Shown: positions 1-9,964, counted from the first letter of the stretch. The stretch is DNA of 64,000 nt from Thermoanaerobaculia bacterium (GCA_036488085.1 DASXHZ010000058.1:69468-133467); one strand, 5' to 3'. Made by a program: numbers and translations. Notes: generated by a model not told the origin, from the letters alone.

Positions 1-1384
1 GAAGAAGGACGACTTCGAGCTGTTCGTGAATGGGAAGCCGCAATCGATCGACTACTTCGATCCGATCGACTTCCGGGCACCGGCGAAGACCGAGGCGGCG
101 CCCACGCCCGAGGTTCCGCGCGACATCCGCGACCGGCGGCTCTTTCTTCTGATTCTCGACGCCGCGTTCACGCGCCCCGAGGCGCTCGACCGGGCACGTA
201 AGGCTGCCGCCGCGATGATCGACGCCTCCGCCCCGGCGGATTACTTCTCGGTGGCCACGTACAGCTCGCGGCACGGCCTGCAACTTCTCGTGCCTTTCAC
301 GAACGACCACGTGGTCGCAAAGCGTGCGGCGATGGCGCTGCAGCCGAGCTCCACCCACGATCCACTGGCGATCTCGATCTCCAACACGGAGCGCGAGAAC
401 ACGGAGATGATGGCGATCTTGGACAGTGCCGGTCCCAGCGGAGGCAGAGGCGGCAGCGACGCGGCGGAGGACGATACGATCATTCGGAGTCTCACCGGAG
501 GCGCGGCGGCCGATGCGGCCGCCATGTCCGCGATTCGCTTGATCCAGGACCAGGCCAACGACTTCAGCGCGATCGCCAGGCGCCTCGCGCCATTCGAAGG
601 CTACAAGCACGTCATCGTGATGTCGGAAGGCGTCTCGCCGAATACGACTTACACGGAATCAGGTCTGATGGACGCCTACAAGGCGATGGCGAACGCGTTT
701 CGCGCCGCCGGCGCGGTCGTCGACACGATCGACCTCGGGAAGACCATCACGGACACGGGCGGCTTCCGCGACTCTTTTGAGAGCGACGCCCTCCACATGG
801 TCGCTCGCGAGACCGGCGGCCAGTTTGTCACACATGAAAACAATCTCAAGAACGCCCTAAACCGCATCTCCACCGCATCCGCCGTCGGCTACCGCCTCGG
901 CTTCAACATGCCGGCGAACGCCCGGAAGGGCGACAACACGATCGACGTGCAGGTGCGGAACGTTCCCCGCGGGACGACGCTCTCGTTTCGTCGCGGCTTT
1001 TCGACGACCATCACCAAGCCCTCGCCGAGCGACGGCCTCCTGCTCGCCGACGTCCTCCTGAACGACGTGCCGCAGATCGGGATTGCGCCGCGAATTCGGT
1101 TCGCCGAGCGGCCGAACGTCGAGATCATCTTGCCGGTCCAGCAGCTCCTCGCCGTCAACGGCGGCAAGGCGGTGAACGCCGACGTCATGTTCTACGTCTT
1201 CGATGCGAAGCGGGCGGTGGTCGAGTTCAAGGAGAAGAAGATCGTGATTCCGTCCGACGCGAAGCAGGACATCGGTTTCCGCGACGTCCTTCACCTTCCG
1301 GCCGGCTCCTACGTCGCCAAAGCCCTCATCCGCGCCGGCGACTCGCTCGGTTTCGCGAAACAGGAGTTCGCGATTCCGAAGTGA
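1..1384 (+). CDS. Secreted von Willebrand factor A (VWA) domain protein, partial at 5' end (ORF continues upstream of window; track ORF 26..1384)
   Basis: Frame stays open to position 1. VWA-like blocks (RRLFLLILDAAF..., KHVIVMSEGVS). Paralog of the two large VWA proteins at 12456-17580. Confidence 0.6.
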   Translation, partial: KKDDFELFVNGKPQSIDYFDPIDFRAPAKTEAAPTPEVPRDIRDRRLFLLILDAAFTRPEALDRARKAAAAMIDASAPADYFSVATYSSRHGLQLLVPFTNDHVVAKRAAMALQPSSTHDPLAISISNTERENTEMMAILDSAGPSGGRGGSDAAEDDTIIRSLTGGAAADAAAMSAIRLIQDQANDFSAIARRLAPFEGYKHVIVMSEGVSPNTTYTESGLMDAYKAMANAFRAAGAVVDTIDLGKTITDTGGFRDSFESDALHMVARETGGQFVTHENNLKNALNRISTASAVGYRLGFNMPANARKGDNTIDVQVRNVPRGTTLSFRRGFSTTITKPSPSDGLLLADVLLNDVPQIGIAPRIRFAERPNVEIILPVQQLLAVNGGKAVNADVMFYVFDAKRAVVEFKEKKIVIPSDAKQDIGFRDVLHLPAGSYVAKALIRAGDSLGFAKQEFAIPK

Positions 1385-1387
1385 GGC

Positions 1388-2377
1388 TTAATGCTGCCAC
1401 GGCGGCGCGTTGGTGTCGCGCGTATTCGCCGCGTTCTTTGCCGGCTGATCGGCGCTGACGAGCTCCTTCCGGATCGTGCCGAGGATGCGCTGGTCGGTCG
1501 CACTGGCGAGGTCGATCAGCTTCTGGCGGTCGTTGTAGCCGCTGAAGGCGATCACGAACCGGTCGATCCGGAATGCGACGCAGCGTCCCAGGTACTTGTC
1601 CTCGCCGGTGAAGTTGTCTTCGCCGAGATTCGGGATCGGGTCCATCAGCTTGCCGTTCCGGATGTAGAGGTAGCGGTACGCCTCGAGGATCTTCGCCGCG
1701 GACTGCGCGTTCGCGGTGGGGACGATGAGGCCGTCGGCGACCGCGCCATTCACGTTGAACGTCGCCTGGAACGAGTTGCCGAGGAACGGCTGGCCGAAGC
1801 CCGACTGCGCCGAGTAGCGCTCGCTGTTCGGGACGCGAAAGGCGACCGGCAGGAAGTTGAACACCGCCGGCTTGCCGGCCGCGGGCGGCATCCGGTCGGC
1901 GACGAGCTGTGCGAGGCGCAGCAGTCCCTGATTTCCGTCCGGCGTGCCTCCGCCGGTGATCCGAACGTAGAAGGGACCGCGCCAGATGTTGATCGAGTGC
2001 TTCCCGACGAAGGCCTCGTTCTCGATGTTGACGTACTGCGCCGTCTGGATCTTGTGCAGCGAGTAGGCGCCGAACGCCTTGACGAAATCGGGGAAGCGGT
2101 AGATCTCGACGGTGGCGAACCCGTCGTTGCCCGCGCCGTTGTAGTTCCCGGCCGTCATGTCGATGACGCCGTAGCTGACGAACGTGTTCGCGTCGCGGTC
2201 GAGATACGTCGTCAGCTTGTTCCCCGGCACGACGATCGGATCCTCGGCGAGCTGCCAGCCGGCAGCCTCCTGCTGGCGCGGGAGGAACTGCAGGCTAGGC
2301 GATTCGTTCGCTGTGAAGGTCTCTTCCTGCTTCGTCGGGACGACGATCGTCGCATGCGTCGCGCGGTCGCGGCGCAT
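1388..2377 (-). CDS. Hypothetical protein (possible lipoprotein; start uncertain)
   Basis: Balanced amino-acid composition in the minus-strand frame of track ORF 1388..2686. First ATG downstream of the pepA stop is at ~2377. A lipobox-like LAFGC lies just upstream with no canonical start codon. The opposite-strand ORF 1391..2518 looks like a GC-frame artefact. Confidence 0.45.
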   Translation of the reverse strand: MRRDRATHATIVVPTKQEETFTANESPSLQFLPRQQEAAGWQLAEDPIVVPGNKLTTYLDRDANTFVSYGVIDMTAGNYNGAGNDGFATVEIYRFPDFVKAFGAYSLHKIQTAQYVNIENEAFVGKHSINIWRGPFYVRITGGGTPDGNQGLLRLAQLVADRMPPAAGKPAVFNFLPVAFRVPNSERYSAQSGFGQPFLGNSFQATFNVNGAVADGLIVPTANAQSAAKILEAYRYLYIRNGKLMDPIPNLGEDNFTGEDKYLGRCVAFRIDRFVIAFSGYNDRQKLIDLASATDQRILGTIRKELVSADQPAKNAANTRDTNAPPWQH

Positions 2378-2400
2378 CTCACAGCCGAACGCCAGCAGGA

Positions 2401-3852
2401 TCAGCGCGAGAGCGATTCGAGGAACGCGATGGTCACGCGGACGCCCGCGCCCGTCGCGCCGCGCGCCTCGCGCGAGTTCTCGTGTTCCGCATACGCCGTT
2501 CCGGCGATGTCGAGGTGAGCCCAGGAAGGACAATCGACGAACTCCTTCAGAAAGAGTGCCGCGGTCGTAGCGCCGGCCCATCGTCCGCCGGAGTTTTTGA
2601 TGTCGGCCCAGTCGCTGCGAATCAGCTCCTTGTAGTCGTCCCACTCCGGCAGGCGCCATAGGCGGTCGCCCATCCGCTCCCCGCACTCAATCAACTTCTG
2701 AGCCAGCTCGTCATTGTTCGAGAAAAGCCCCGCCGCTTCGCCGCCGAGGGCGACCACGCAGGCGCCGGTGAGGGTGGCGTAATCGATGATGTGATCGGGC
2801 CCGAGCTTCGACGCGTAATGGAGCGCGTCGGAGAGGATCACCCGCCCCTCGGCGTCGGTGTTCACGATCTCGATCGTCTTGCCCGACATCGTGGTGATGA
2901 TGTCGCCAGGCTTGTAGGCGCTCCCGCTCGGGAGGTTCTCCGTCGACGCGATCACGCCGGTGATCTTCACCGGCAACGCGAGCTTCGCCGCCGCCTCGAT
3001 GGTGCCGACCACGGCGGCGGCGCCGCACATGTCGAACTTCATCTCCTCCATCTTGTCGGCCGGCTTGATCGAGATGCCGCCGGAGTCGAAGGTGATGCCT
3101 TTGCCGACGAGCGCCACATGCGTTTTCGCCTTCCGCGGCGCGTACTCGAGGACGATGAACCGCGGCTCCTCGGCCGATCCTTTGTTGACCGCCAGGAGGC
3201 CGCCCATCTTCATCTTCTCGATGGCGCGTTTGTCGTAGACGGTGCACTTCACGCCGACGTCCTTCGCGACTTCCTCGGCGCGTTCGGCAATGCGCGTCGG
3301 CGTCATCACATTGCCCGGCGCGTTACCCATGTCGCGCACGGTCCGTATGCCGTCGGCGAGCGCCTGCGCCTCGGTCTGGATGCGCTTGCACTCCTTCGCA
3401 TCGAGGTCGGCGAGGAGCGTCGCGGTGATCGCGACCGGCTTGCCGTCGTCCTTTTTCTGCGTGATGTACGCGTCGTACTTGTAGTCCGCGCCGGCGAGGT
3501 AGTCGGCGATCACGCGGACGCTCTCCGCCTCGGAAAGATCGCGGATGCCGTACGGCACGGCCACGCCGATGTGCGCGCTACGGTGCTTCTTCGCCGTCTT
3601 CGCGATCGCGTAAAGGCCGCTCCGGATGCTCCGCAGCGTCACACCGTCTTCCTTCCCGAGGCCGATGAGCGTGATCTTCTTAGGCTCGTCCGCGAGAACC
3701 GTGATCGACTCTTCGGAACGTCCCGAGAACCCGGAGTCGACGATCGCCTTCCGAACAGCGTCGGGGAACTTGCCTTTGCCGCCCTCCGTGACGAGGGCGA
3801 AAACGTGATCGAGCTTTTGGAGCTTCGCGTCGCGCGAGACTTCGACTTTCAT
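2401..3852 (-). CDS. pepA: Leucyl aminopeptidase (M17 family)
   Basis: Full-length M17 signature including the NTDAEGRV motif and conserved C-terminal catalytic domain. Confidence 0.92.
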   Translation of the reverse strand: MKVEVSRDAKLQKLDHVFALVTEGGKGKFPDAVRKAIVDSGFSGRSEESITVLADEPKKITLIGLGKEDGVTLRSIRSGLYAIAKTAKKHRSAHIGVAVPYGIRDLSEAESVRVIADYLAGADYKYDAYITQKKDDGKPVAITATLLADLDAKECKRIQTEAQALADGIRTVRDMGNAPGNVMTPTRIAERAEEVAKDVGVKCTVYDKRAIEKMKMGGLLAVNKGSAEEPRFIVLEYAPRKAKTHVALVGKGITFDSGGISIKPADKMEEMKFDMCGAAAVVGTIEAAAKLALPVKITGVIASTENLPSGSAYKPGDIITTMSGKTIEIVNTDAEGRVILSDALHYASKLGPDHIIDYATLTGACVVALGGEAAGLFSNNDELAQKLIECGERMGDRLWRLPEWDDYKELIRSDWADIKNSGGRWAGATTAALFLKEFVDCPSWAHLDIAGTAYAEHENSREARGATGAGVRVTIAFLESLSR

Positions 3853-4163
3853 GCGGCGCGAATTGTACTGCGGGGTCGCCGACGACCGTCATGGAGCGGA
3901 AAAGTTCCCGGAGACGCGGTCCGGACACCTTATGCAGCGGCTGGGACACTCCGAGATGTAGCGCCCTGGCCGCGACACCGAGCGTCCGCGCTGCGTCTCG
4001 ATGTGTCCGGCGCGACGCACGTGGTGTCCGACGTGACACCCGCGGTGTCCGACGTGACGCACCAGGTGTCCCGCGCGCTCCCCGTGGCGTCCCGCGCGAC
4101 ACGCGATACGCCGCGCGACGGCGCGATACCATTGGCCAAGCTCATGCAGTGAAGGGGTTTGCG

Positions 4164-5564
4164 ATGCCGTATCGGGTGCTGGTGATTGATGACGAGACCG
4201 CGATTCGCGAGGCGATCCGGATGACGCTCGAGTACGAGGGGTACCGCGTCGACGAGGCCCGAGGCGGTCAGGACGGCCTGGACAAGGCCACCAAGACCGC
4301 CTACGACGCGATCCTGCTCGACATCAAGATGCCGGTGCTCGATGGGATGGAAGTCCTCGAAAACCTGAAAGAGCAGCGCGTCCAGGCGCCGGTGATCATG
4401 GTTTCGGGGCACGGCGACATCTCCACCGCCGTCGACTGCACGAAGCGCGGCGCCTACGACTTCCTCGAGAAGCCGCTCAACCGCGACAAGCTGCTCCTCA
4501 CCGTCCGCAACGCGGTCCGCGTCCAGAAGCTCGAAGAAGAGAACACGGAGCTGAAGGAGAAGGCGGAGAAGGAGTACCAGCTCGTCGGCGAGTCGCAGGT
4601 GATGCGCGACCTCAAATCGCAGGTCGAGCGCGCCGCGCCGACGAAGGCGACGGTCCTCATCACCGGCGAGTCGGGAACGGGGAAGGAGCTCGTGGCGCGC
4701 GAGATCCACCGCCGCTCCTCGCGCGTCAACCAGCCGTTCGTGCAAGTGAACTGCGCCGCGATCCCGGAGGAGCTGATCGAGTCGGAGCTGTTCGGCCACG
4801 AGAAGGGCTCGTTCACCGGCGCGGTGCGCAAGCAGACGGGGAAGTTCGTCGCGGCCGACGGCGGGACGATCTTCCTCGACGAAGTCGGCGACATGTCGCT
4901 GAGGACGCAGGCCAAAGTGCTGCGCGTCCTGCAGGAAGGCGAGGTCGAGCCGGTCGGCGCCGCGACGGTGATCAAGGTCGACGTCCGCGTGATCGCGGCT
5001 ACAAACAAGGAACTGACCGAAGAGATCCGCGCCGGTCGGTTTCGCGAGGATCTCTATTACCGTCTGAACGTCATTCCCATCCGGACGCCGCCGCTACGCG
5101 AGCGCCGCGACGACATTCCGGTCCTCGGGGAGCACTTCGCGAAGCTCTTCTCCGAGGAGCACAACTTCAAGGGGAAAGCGTTCACGACGTCTGCGAAGAA
5201 GGCGTTGCAGGACGCGCCGTGGCGCGGCAATGTCCGCGAGCTGCGCAACATGATCGAACGGCTCGTGATCATGGTGCCCGCGGACAAGATCGACATCACC
5301 GATCTGCCGGCGGAGTTCTTCCGTACCTCGGGGGACATCATCGCCTCCGCGATGCGGCTCGCAACGCTGCAGGAGTTCAAGGACGAGGCGGAGAAGGCGT
5401 TCATCATCGCGAAGCTCCGCGAGTTCGGATGGAACGTCTCGAAGACGGCGGACGCGATCGACACGCCGCGTTCGAATCTCTACAAGAAGATCGAGCAATA
5501 CAACATCCGGCGTGAGGCTGGGGCAGGGGCGGCCGCTGACGATGGCGGAGATACCAGCGCATAA
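4164..5564 (+). CDS. Sigma-54-dependent Fis-family response regulator (NtrC-like: REC + AAA+ + HTH)
   Basis: MPYRVLVIDDE receiver domain, GESGTGKELVAREIH Walker A, GSFTGA motif and a C-terminal Fis HTH. GAAGGGG ribosome-binding site 7 nt upstream of the ATG. The track ORF's N-terminal extension (from 3891) was rejected. Confidence 0.88.
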   Translation: MPYRVLVIDDETAIREAIRMTLEYEGYRVDEARGGQDGLDKATKTAYDAILLDIKMPVLDGMEVLENLKEQRVQAPVIMVSGHGDISTAVDCTKRGAYDFLEKPLNRDKLLLTVRNAVRVQKLEEENTELKEKAEKEYQLVGESQVMRDLKSQVERAAPTKATVLITGESGTGKELVAREIHRRSSRVNQPFVQVNCAAIPEELIESELFGHEKGSFTGAVRKQTGKFVAADGGTIFLDEVGDMSLRTQAKVLRVLQEGEVEPVGAATVIKVDVRVIAATNKELTEEIRAGRFREDLYYRLNVIPIRTPPLRERRDDIPVLGEHFAKLFSEEHNFKGKAFTTSAKKALQDAPWRGNVRELRNMIERLVIMVPADKIDITDLPAEFFRTSGDIIASAMRLATLQEFKDEAEKAFIIAKLREFGWNVSKTADAIDTPRSNLYKKIEQYNIRREAGAGAAADDGGDTSA

Positions 5565-6345
5565 CAGCGGCGCCATCGGCGTTTTCGATTCCGGCGTCGG
5601 TGGGCTCACCGTCTTCCGCTCGATCTCGCGCGCGCTGCCGCACGAGCCGCTCATCTACCTCGGCGATTCGGCGCGCGTGCCGTACGGTACGAAGTCGCCG
5701 CAGATCGTGACGCGCTATGCGATCGAAGCGGCGAATCACCTCCTCGGGCGCGGGATCAAGATGCTCGTCGTCGCCTGCAACACCGCGACGGCGGCGGCGC
5801 TGCCGGTACTGCAGGAGAAGCTCGGGATTCCGGTGATCGGCGTCATCGAGCCAGGCGCTCGTGCGGCCGTCGAGCGGACGCGCGGACGTGTCGGAGTCAT
5901 TGCGACCGAGGGAACGGTGCGGTCGCGCGCGTACACGAAGGCGATCCAGGCCATCGAGCCGAGCGTCGATGTCATTGAGTCGGCGGCGCCGCTGTTTGTG
6001 CCGCTCGCCGAGGAGGGGTGGGCGAACACGCACGTCGCGCGCGAGGTGGCGGAGGTCTACCTCGAGCCGCTGATCGATGCCGGCATCGACACGCTGGTCC
6101 TCGGCTGCACGCACTACCCGATCCTGCGGAACACCATCGAGCGCGTGGCCGGCGATCAGGTGCAGATCGTCGACAGCGCGGAGACGACCGCGGAATGTGT
6201 TCGTGCGGCGCTGAATGGCGCGGGGGTCACCGGCGGGAGGCCGGAGCACCAGTTCCTCGTGACGGATGCCGAGGAGCGGTTCCGGAGGATCGCGGCAGAG
6301 TTCCTGGAGCACGAAATCGCAAACCTCGAGCTCGTCACCCTGTAG
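5542..6345 (+). CDS. murI: Glutamate racemase
   Basis: IGVFDSGVGGLTV and VVACNTA...GCTHYP motifs. The start (MAEIP) overlaps the end of the response regulator gene. Confidence 0.9.
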   Translation: MAEIPAHNSGAIGVFDSGVGGLTVFRSISRALPHEPLIYLGDSARVPYGTKSPQIVTRYAIEAANHLLGRGIKMLVVACNTATAAALPVLQEKLGIPVIGVIEPGARAAVERTRGRVGVIATEGTVRSRAYTKAIQAIEPSVDVIESAAPLFVPLAEEGWANTHVAREVAEVYLEPLIDAGIDTLVLGCTHYPILRNTIERVAGDQVQIVDSAETTAECVRAALNGAGVTGGRPEHQFLVTDAEERFRRIAAEFLEHEIANLELVTL

Positions 6346-6357
6346 AGTCTTCGCTGC

Positions 6358-8271
6358 ATGGGCGAAACGCGGCCGGTCGTGCTCCTCGGCGGAGCGATCG
6401 CGATCCTCGCGATTTTTCTGTCGCGGTTCCGTCCGGCGTGGCTGCTGATCACGGAGACGGCGCAGCCGGCGCTGGTGGCGATGGTGATCGTGCTTGCGAT
6501 GCTCGCGACGGGCGTCGGCGCGCTTTTCGTGGCGACGAAGGTGTGGGGGTCAGGTCGAAACTTGAAACCGGAGGCCGGGGCCTCCGGTTTCAAGTTTCGA
6601 CCCGACCCCCTCGACGCTTTCATCGTCGGCTTCCCAACTTTCGGGACACTGATCGCGATCGTGGCGTGGATCGGGAGCGCGACGCACGTCGCGATCGCCG
6701 TCGTCACGTTCGCACTCGCGGGCGCCGGGCTGTTCATCCTGCTCAAACGCCCGATCTGCGCGCCGCGAATCCCGAAGCTGCTGATCATTCCGGTCGTATT
6801 GGCGATCGTCGAGGCGATCACGCCGGTGAACTCGCCGGATGAGCTGGTGTACAAGCTCGGTGTTCCGCACGCGTACGACATGGCGGGGCGGATGTTCGAG
6901 ATGCCGCTCAGCTCGCACTCGTACATCACGATGGCGCTGCAGCTCGCCGACCTCGCGGCGCTCATCCTCGGCGGCGGGATCGCGGCGAAGCTGGCGCATC
7001 TGGCGCTCTACTTCGCCGCGCTGGCGGTGATTCGCCGCCTGACGAATTCCGACTCGATCACGGCGATCGTGGCGTGGACGCCGGCGCTGATGCTGATCGC
7101 CGGATGGGGGTGGAGCGAGTGGGGAGTGATCGCGCTGCTGGTCTTATCGATCGACCGTTTCGACGAGAATCCTGCGATCGCGTTCGCGGCGCTCGGCGGC
7201 GCGGTCGCGTCAAAGTACACGGCGCTTCCGTGGCTACTCGCATTCGCCATCGTCGCCCTGGTCCGGACGCGTGATGTGAAGCTGTTGCTGCGCGGGGCGC
7301 TGCTGGTCGCGCTTTTCGGCGGGTTCTTTTACGTGCGGAACGCGGTCTGGACCGGCTCGCCGCTCGCGCCGCTCTTTCTGCCGAACGCGCCGGGCGTGTA
7401 CGGATACAAGGGCGGCGGTCTTTTCGGGGGATGGCGCGAATTGATCGCCGGCGCTGACATCTTCGACCCCCGCATCGTCGACGAGTCGCTCGGCATCGTG
7501 CTGCCGCTCGCCGCGATCTGCGGCCTCTTCGCCCTCGGCGTCGCCGATCGCAAACAACGCGACCTCGCATGGATCGGCGCGATCCAGATGCCGATCCTGA
7601 TCACCATCGCGCCGGGCTCGCGCAACATCATCAACGGTGTCGTGCCGCTCGCTCTCGCGGGGGGGATGAGTCTCTTGGAGTGGCGGACGCCCTCGTCCGC
7701 CGAGCCGCGCGACAGCGCGGCTGCGCCGCGCGGGCGGACGTGGGCGTCCGCCACTCCGATCCTCGGCGGCGTCATTGCGATTGCATTCGCGGCGCAGCTC
7801 GTCCTCGCGATCTACGTGCTCGACTCGTACGACATCGTCCCGTACCTCGCGGGCAAAGAGACGGCGCGGCAGTACGTTCATCGCGTCCGTGACTTCGCAC
7901 CGGTTTACGACTGGATCGAAACGCACACGCCGCCGGAGGCGAAGATCCTGTTCCTGGGCGAGAACCGGACGTACGACCTCGGCCGGCAGACACTCTCGGG
8001 CGGCAACCTCGACGGACCGCGCATCGCCGCATGGCTGGCGCGGTTTCCGAACGCCATGGCGCTACACGACGAACTGCGCCGGCAGCGGGTGACGCACATC
8101 CTCATTCATCCTGCGTGGCTTCGGCCGCCGAAGACGATGATGGAGCGCGAGTACATGCTGGAGCTCCCGCCGGGGGCGGAGGCGGCGTTGCGCGAATGCA
8201 CGATTCCCGTCTACCGCGACAACAGCTACATCCTGGTTGCGGTCACTCCCCTTCGTTCGGATCGACTGTAG
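6358..8271 (+). CDS. Polytopic membrane protein, putative GT-C-fold glycosyltransferase (ArnT/PMT-like); true start uncertain
   Basis: Many transmembrane helices. A periplasmic-loop PDELVY acidic motif follows a TM helix. A 70-bp palindrome is embedded in-frame at 6541-6612. Confidence 0.4.
   Translation: MGETRPVVLLGGAIAILAIFLSRFRPAWLLITETAQPALVAMVIVLAMLATGVGALFVATKVWGSGRNLKPEAGASGFKFRPDPLDAFIVGFPTFGTLIAIVAWIGSATHVAIAVVTFALAGAGLFILLKRPICAPRIPKLLIIPVVLAIVEAITPVNSPDELVYKLGVPHAYDMAGRMFEMPLSSHSYITMALQLADLAALILGGGIAAKLAHLALYFAALAVIRRLTNSDSITAIVAWTPALMLIAGWGWSEWGVIALLVLSIDRFDENPAIAFAALGGAVASKYTALPWLLAFAIVALVRTRDVKLLLRGALLVALFGGFFYVRNAVWTGSPLAPLFLPNAPGVYGYKGGGLFGGWRELIAGADIFDPRIVDESLGIVLPLAAICGLFALGVADRKQRDLAWIGAIQMPILITIAPGSRNIINGVVPLALAGGMSLLEWRTPSSAEPRDSAAAPRGRTWASATPILGGVIAIAFAAQLVLAIYVLDSYDIVPYLAGKETARQYVHRVRDFAPVYDWIETHTPPEAKILFLGENRTYDLGRQTLSGGNLDGPRIAAWLARFPNAMALHDELRRQRVTHILIHPAWLRPPKTMMEREYMLELPPGAEAALRECTIPVYRDNSYILVAVTPLRSDRL
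6541..6612. repeat. ~70-bp near-perfect palindrome (33-bp arms, 1 mismatch) inside a coding sequence
   Basis: GGGGGTCAGGTCGAAACTTGAAACCGGAGGCC | GGGGCCTCCGGTTTCAAGTTTCGACCCGACCCCC. Confidence 0.85.
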
Positions 8272-9583
8272 CGGCCGCGGTCAGTTCCGCGCTCGCGGCG
8301 GCGTACTCCGGGAGGTCGCTCGACGAAACGCGGACGTACTTGTTCACCACGTCCTTCGTGCCGAAGACGCCGAGCTTCTCCATGAGGAACTCGAACTTGT
8401 CCTCCAACGCCTGGACGATCGGTCCCTTCGCGCTCTCCGGCATCTCCCACATCCGCTGCTTGAATGGGCCGAGCGACTTCTTGCGCGTCTTGTAGACGAA
8501 CTGTTCGTCCGTCTCGCCGTCCTTCCGCTCGTCCTGGCAGTTCGCGAAGCAGAAGTCGCGGATCTGCTCCTTCATCTCCGCCGGGAACGACGGGGCATCG
8601 AGGATCATGTTCTGGAACTGCGTCGCGAGGTGGATCTCGACCGCGTGGCTCTGCGGGAAGAGGTGGAACACCGACTCGGGCAGTGTCGACGCGCCATGCT
8701 GCACGCTGCCGGCGACGCCGTACTCGTTACGGCAGATCTCCGTCACCTCGCGCAGGACGTCGAAATCGATCTTCGCCTGCGCGATCGAGCCGTCCGGCAG
8801 CGGCACCCCGCCGTGCGACGTCCCGGTCTGCACCGAGATCTTCGCGATGCCCGGCTCCCCGTCGAGGTGTTTCCGGAGCCCTTCCATGTACGCGCGGACC
8901 TCGTCAGGCTGGGTGTTGTACTTGCCGACCTCGCCGATCTCGCCGCCGACCGAGACGTGAATCCCCTTCGGCTGCCGCTCGCGGATGTACTTCGTGAGGT
9001 GGGCCGTGTACTCGTAATTCGCCCGCTGCTGCTCATCGCGCGTCGGGAAGTCGAGGTCGACGAGCGTCGAGGTGTCGATGTCGATGTTGTAGAACTCGGC
9101 GGCGAGCGCCTCGTCGATCAGCGATTCGAGCGCTTTCACTTCGCTCGCTTTTCCGTCCGGCGTCGCCCACTTTTTGGCGCTCGCCTGGAAGTGGTCGCCC
9201 TGGATGAACACCGCTCCGGCGAATCCTTCCTTGATCGCCGCCGCGAGAACGCACGCGGAGTACTCGCCCGGTCGTTGCTCGCTGTATCCGATCTCGGAGC
9301 GCGCGATCTCGAAGATGAACGCACCGACTTGATGCCGCATCGCCGCACGGAAGAGCGCGCGCGCGACGTCGTACGTGAGGGCGCGGATGTTGTGCGCCGG
9401 TACGGTGAACGCCGGCGTCAGCTCGCCGCGTCCGATCGCGTCGTACAGCGGGAAGATCGACGACGGAACGGCGCCCGCCTGTCTCGCGCGAAGGTGGATC
9501 TGTTTCCGCGCCTCCGCCTTCGACGCGGCGTCGCTGCCGAAGACGGCCGTCTTGACGAGATCGTCGATGCTGTCTTGAGTCAT
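8243..9583 (-). CDS. Class II fructose-bisphosphate aldolase family protein
   Basis: Blocks align to class II FBA (AHN...VGAFIFE, QGDHF, GGEIGEVG, SHGG, SVQHGAS). 446 aa. Confidence 0.55.
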   Translation of the reverse strand: MTQDSIDDLVKTAVFGSDAASKAEARKQIHLRARQAGAVPSSIFPLYDAIGRGELTPAFTVPAHNIRALTYDVARALFRAAMRHQVGAFIFEIARSEIGYSEQRPGEYSACVLAAAIKEGFAGAVFIQGDHFQASAKKWATPDGKASEVKALESLIDEALAAEFYNIDIDTSTLVDLDFPTRDEQQRANYEYTAHLTKYIRERQPKGIHVSVGGEIGEVGKYNTQPDEVRAYMEGLRKHLDGEPGIAKISVQTGTSHGGVPLPDGSIAQAKIDFDVLREVTEICRNEYGVAGSVQHGASTLPESVFHLFPQSHAVEIHLATQFQNMILDAPSFPAEMKEQIRDFCFANCQDERKDGETDEQFVYKTRKKSLGPFKQRMWEMPESAKGPIVQALEDKFEFLMEKLGVFGTKDVVNKYVRVSSSDLPEYAAASAELTAAATVDPNEGE

Positions 9584-9592
9584 GGGCGCGTT

Positions 9593-9964
9593 TTATAGCA
9601 CGCCCACATGCTCCCGGATCTTTTCCAGCAGGTCTTCCAGATCGAACGGTTTTTGCACCGTTCCGTTCGCACCAAGCTCGGCGATTTCGTCGGGTGCGAC
9701 CGGGTCTCCGGTGAGGAGGAGGATCGGTAGCCGTTCGAGGCCGGCTTCCGATCGCAAGGCCCGGATGACGTCCCCTCCCGACATCCCCGGCATGTTCTTG
9801 TCGAGCAGTACCAGATCCGGCGCCTCCGCGCGCGCCGCCTCGACCGCCGCCACGCCGCTGTTCGCCGTGCGCGCCTCGTAGCCGAACTCACGGAGGAGGC
9901 TTCGCATCAGCGTGATGATCGGGAGGTCGTCATCCACCACGAGGATGATCGGTTTGCGCGGCAT
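9593..9964 (-). CDS. Single-domain response regulator (CheY-like receiver)
   Basis: MPRKPIILVVDDD...LLDKNMPGMSGG...LTG receiver-domain motifs. The track ORF 9593..10180 has an unsupported N-terminal extension. Confidence 0.8.
   Translation of the reverse strand: MPRKPIILVVDDDLPIITLMRSLLREFGYEARTANSGVAAVEAARAEAPDLVLLDKNMPGMSGGDVIRALRSEAGLERLPILLLTGDPVAPDEIAELGANGTVQKPFDLEDLLEKIREHVGVL

Noticed and set aside
1391-2518. Plus-strand ORF 1391..2518 (375 aa) and many other 60-450-aa ORFs on the track rich in R/A/G/D/E, e.g. 2791..4152, 5404..6312, 8237..9598, 11335..12522, 14984..16843, 22856..24931
   Set aside because: Their composition is typical of alternative frames in high-GC DNA. They overlap strongly supported genes on the other strand or frame and show no recognisable motifs.
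6358-6540. Calling 6358-6540 a separate small membrane ORF ending at the palindrome
   Set aside because: The reading frame continues through the palindrome without a stop. The evidence is too thin to split it, so it is reported as start uncertainty instead.
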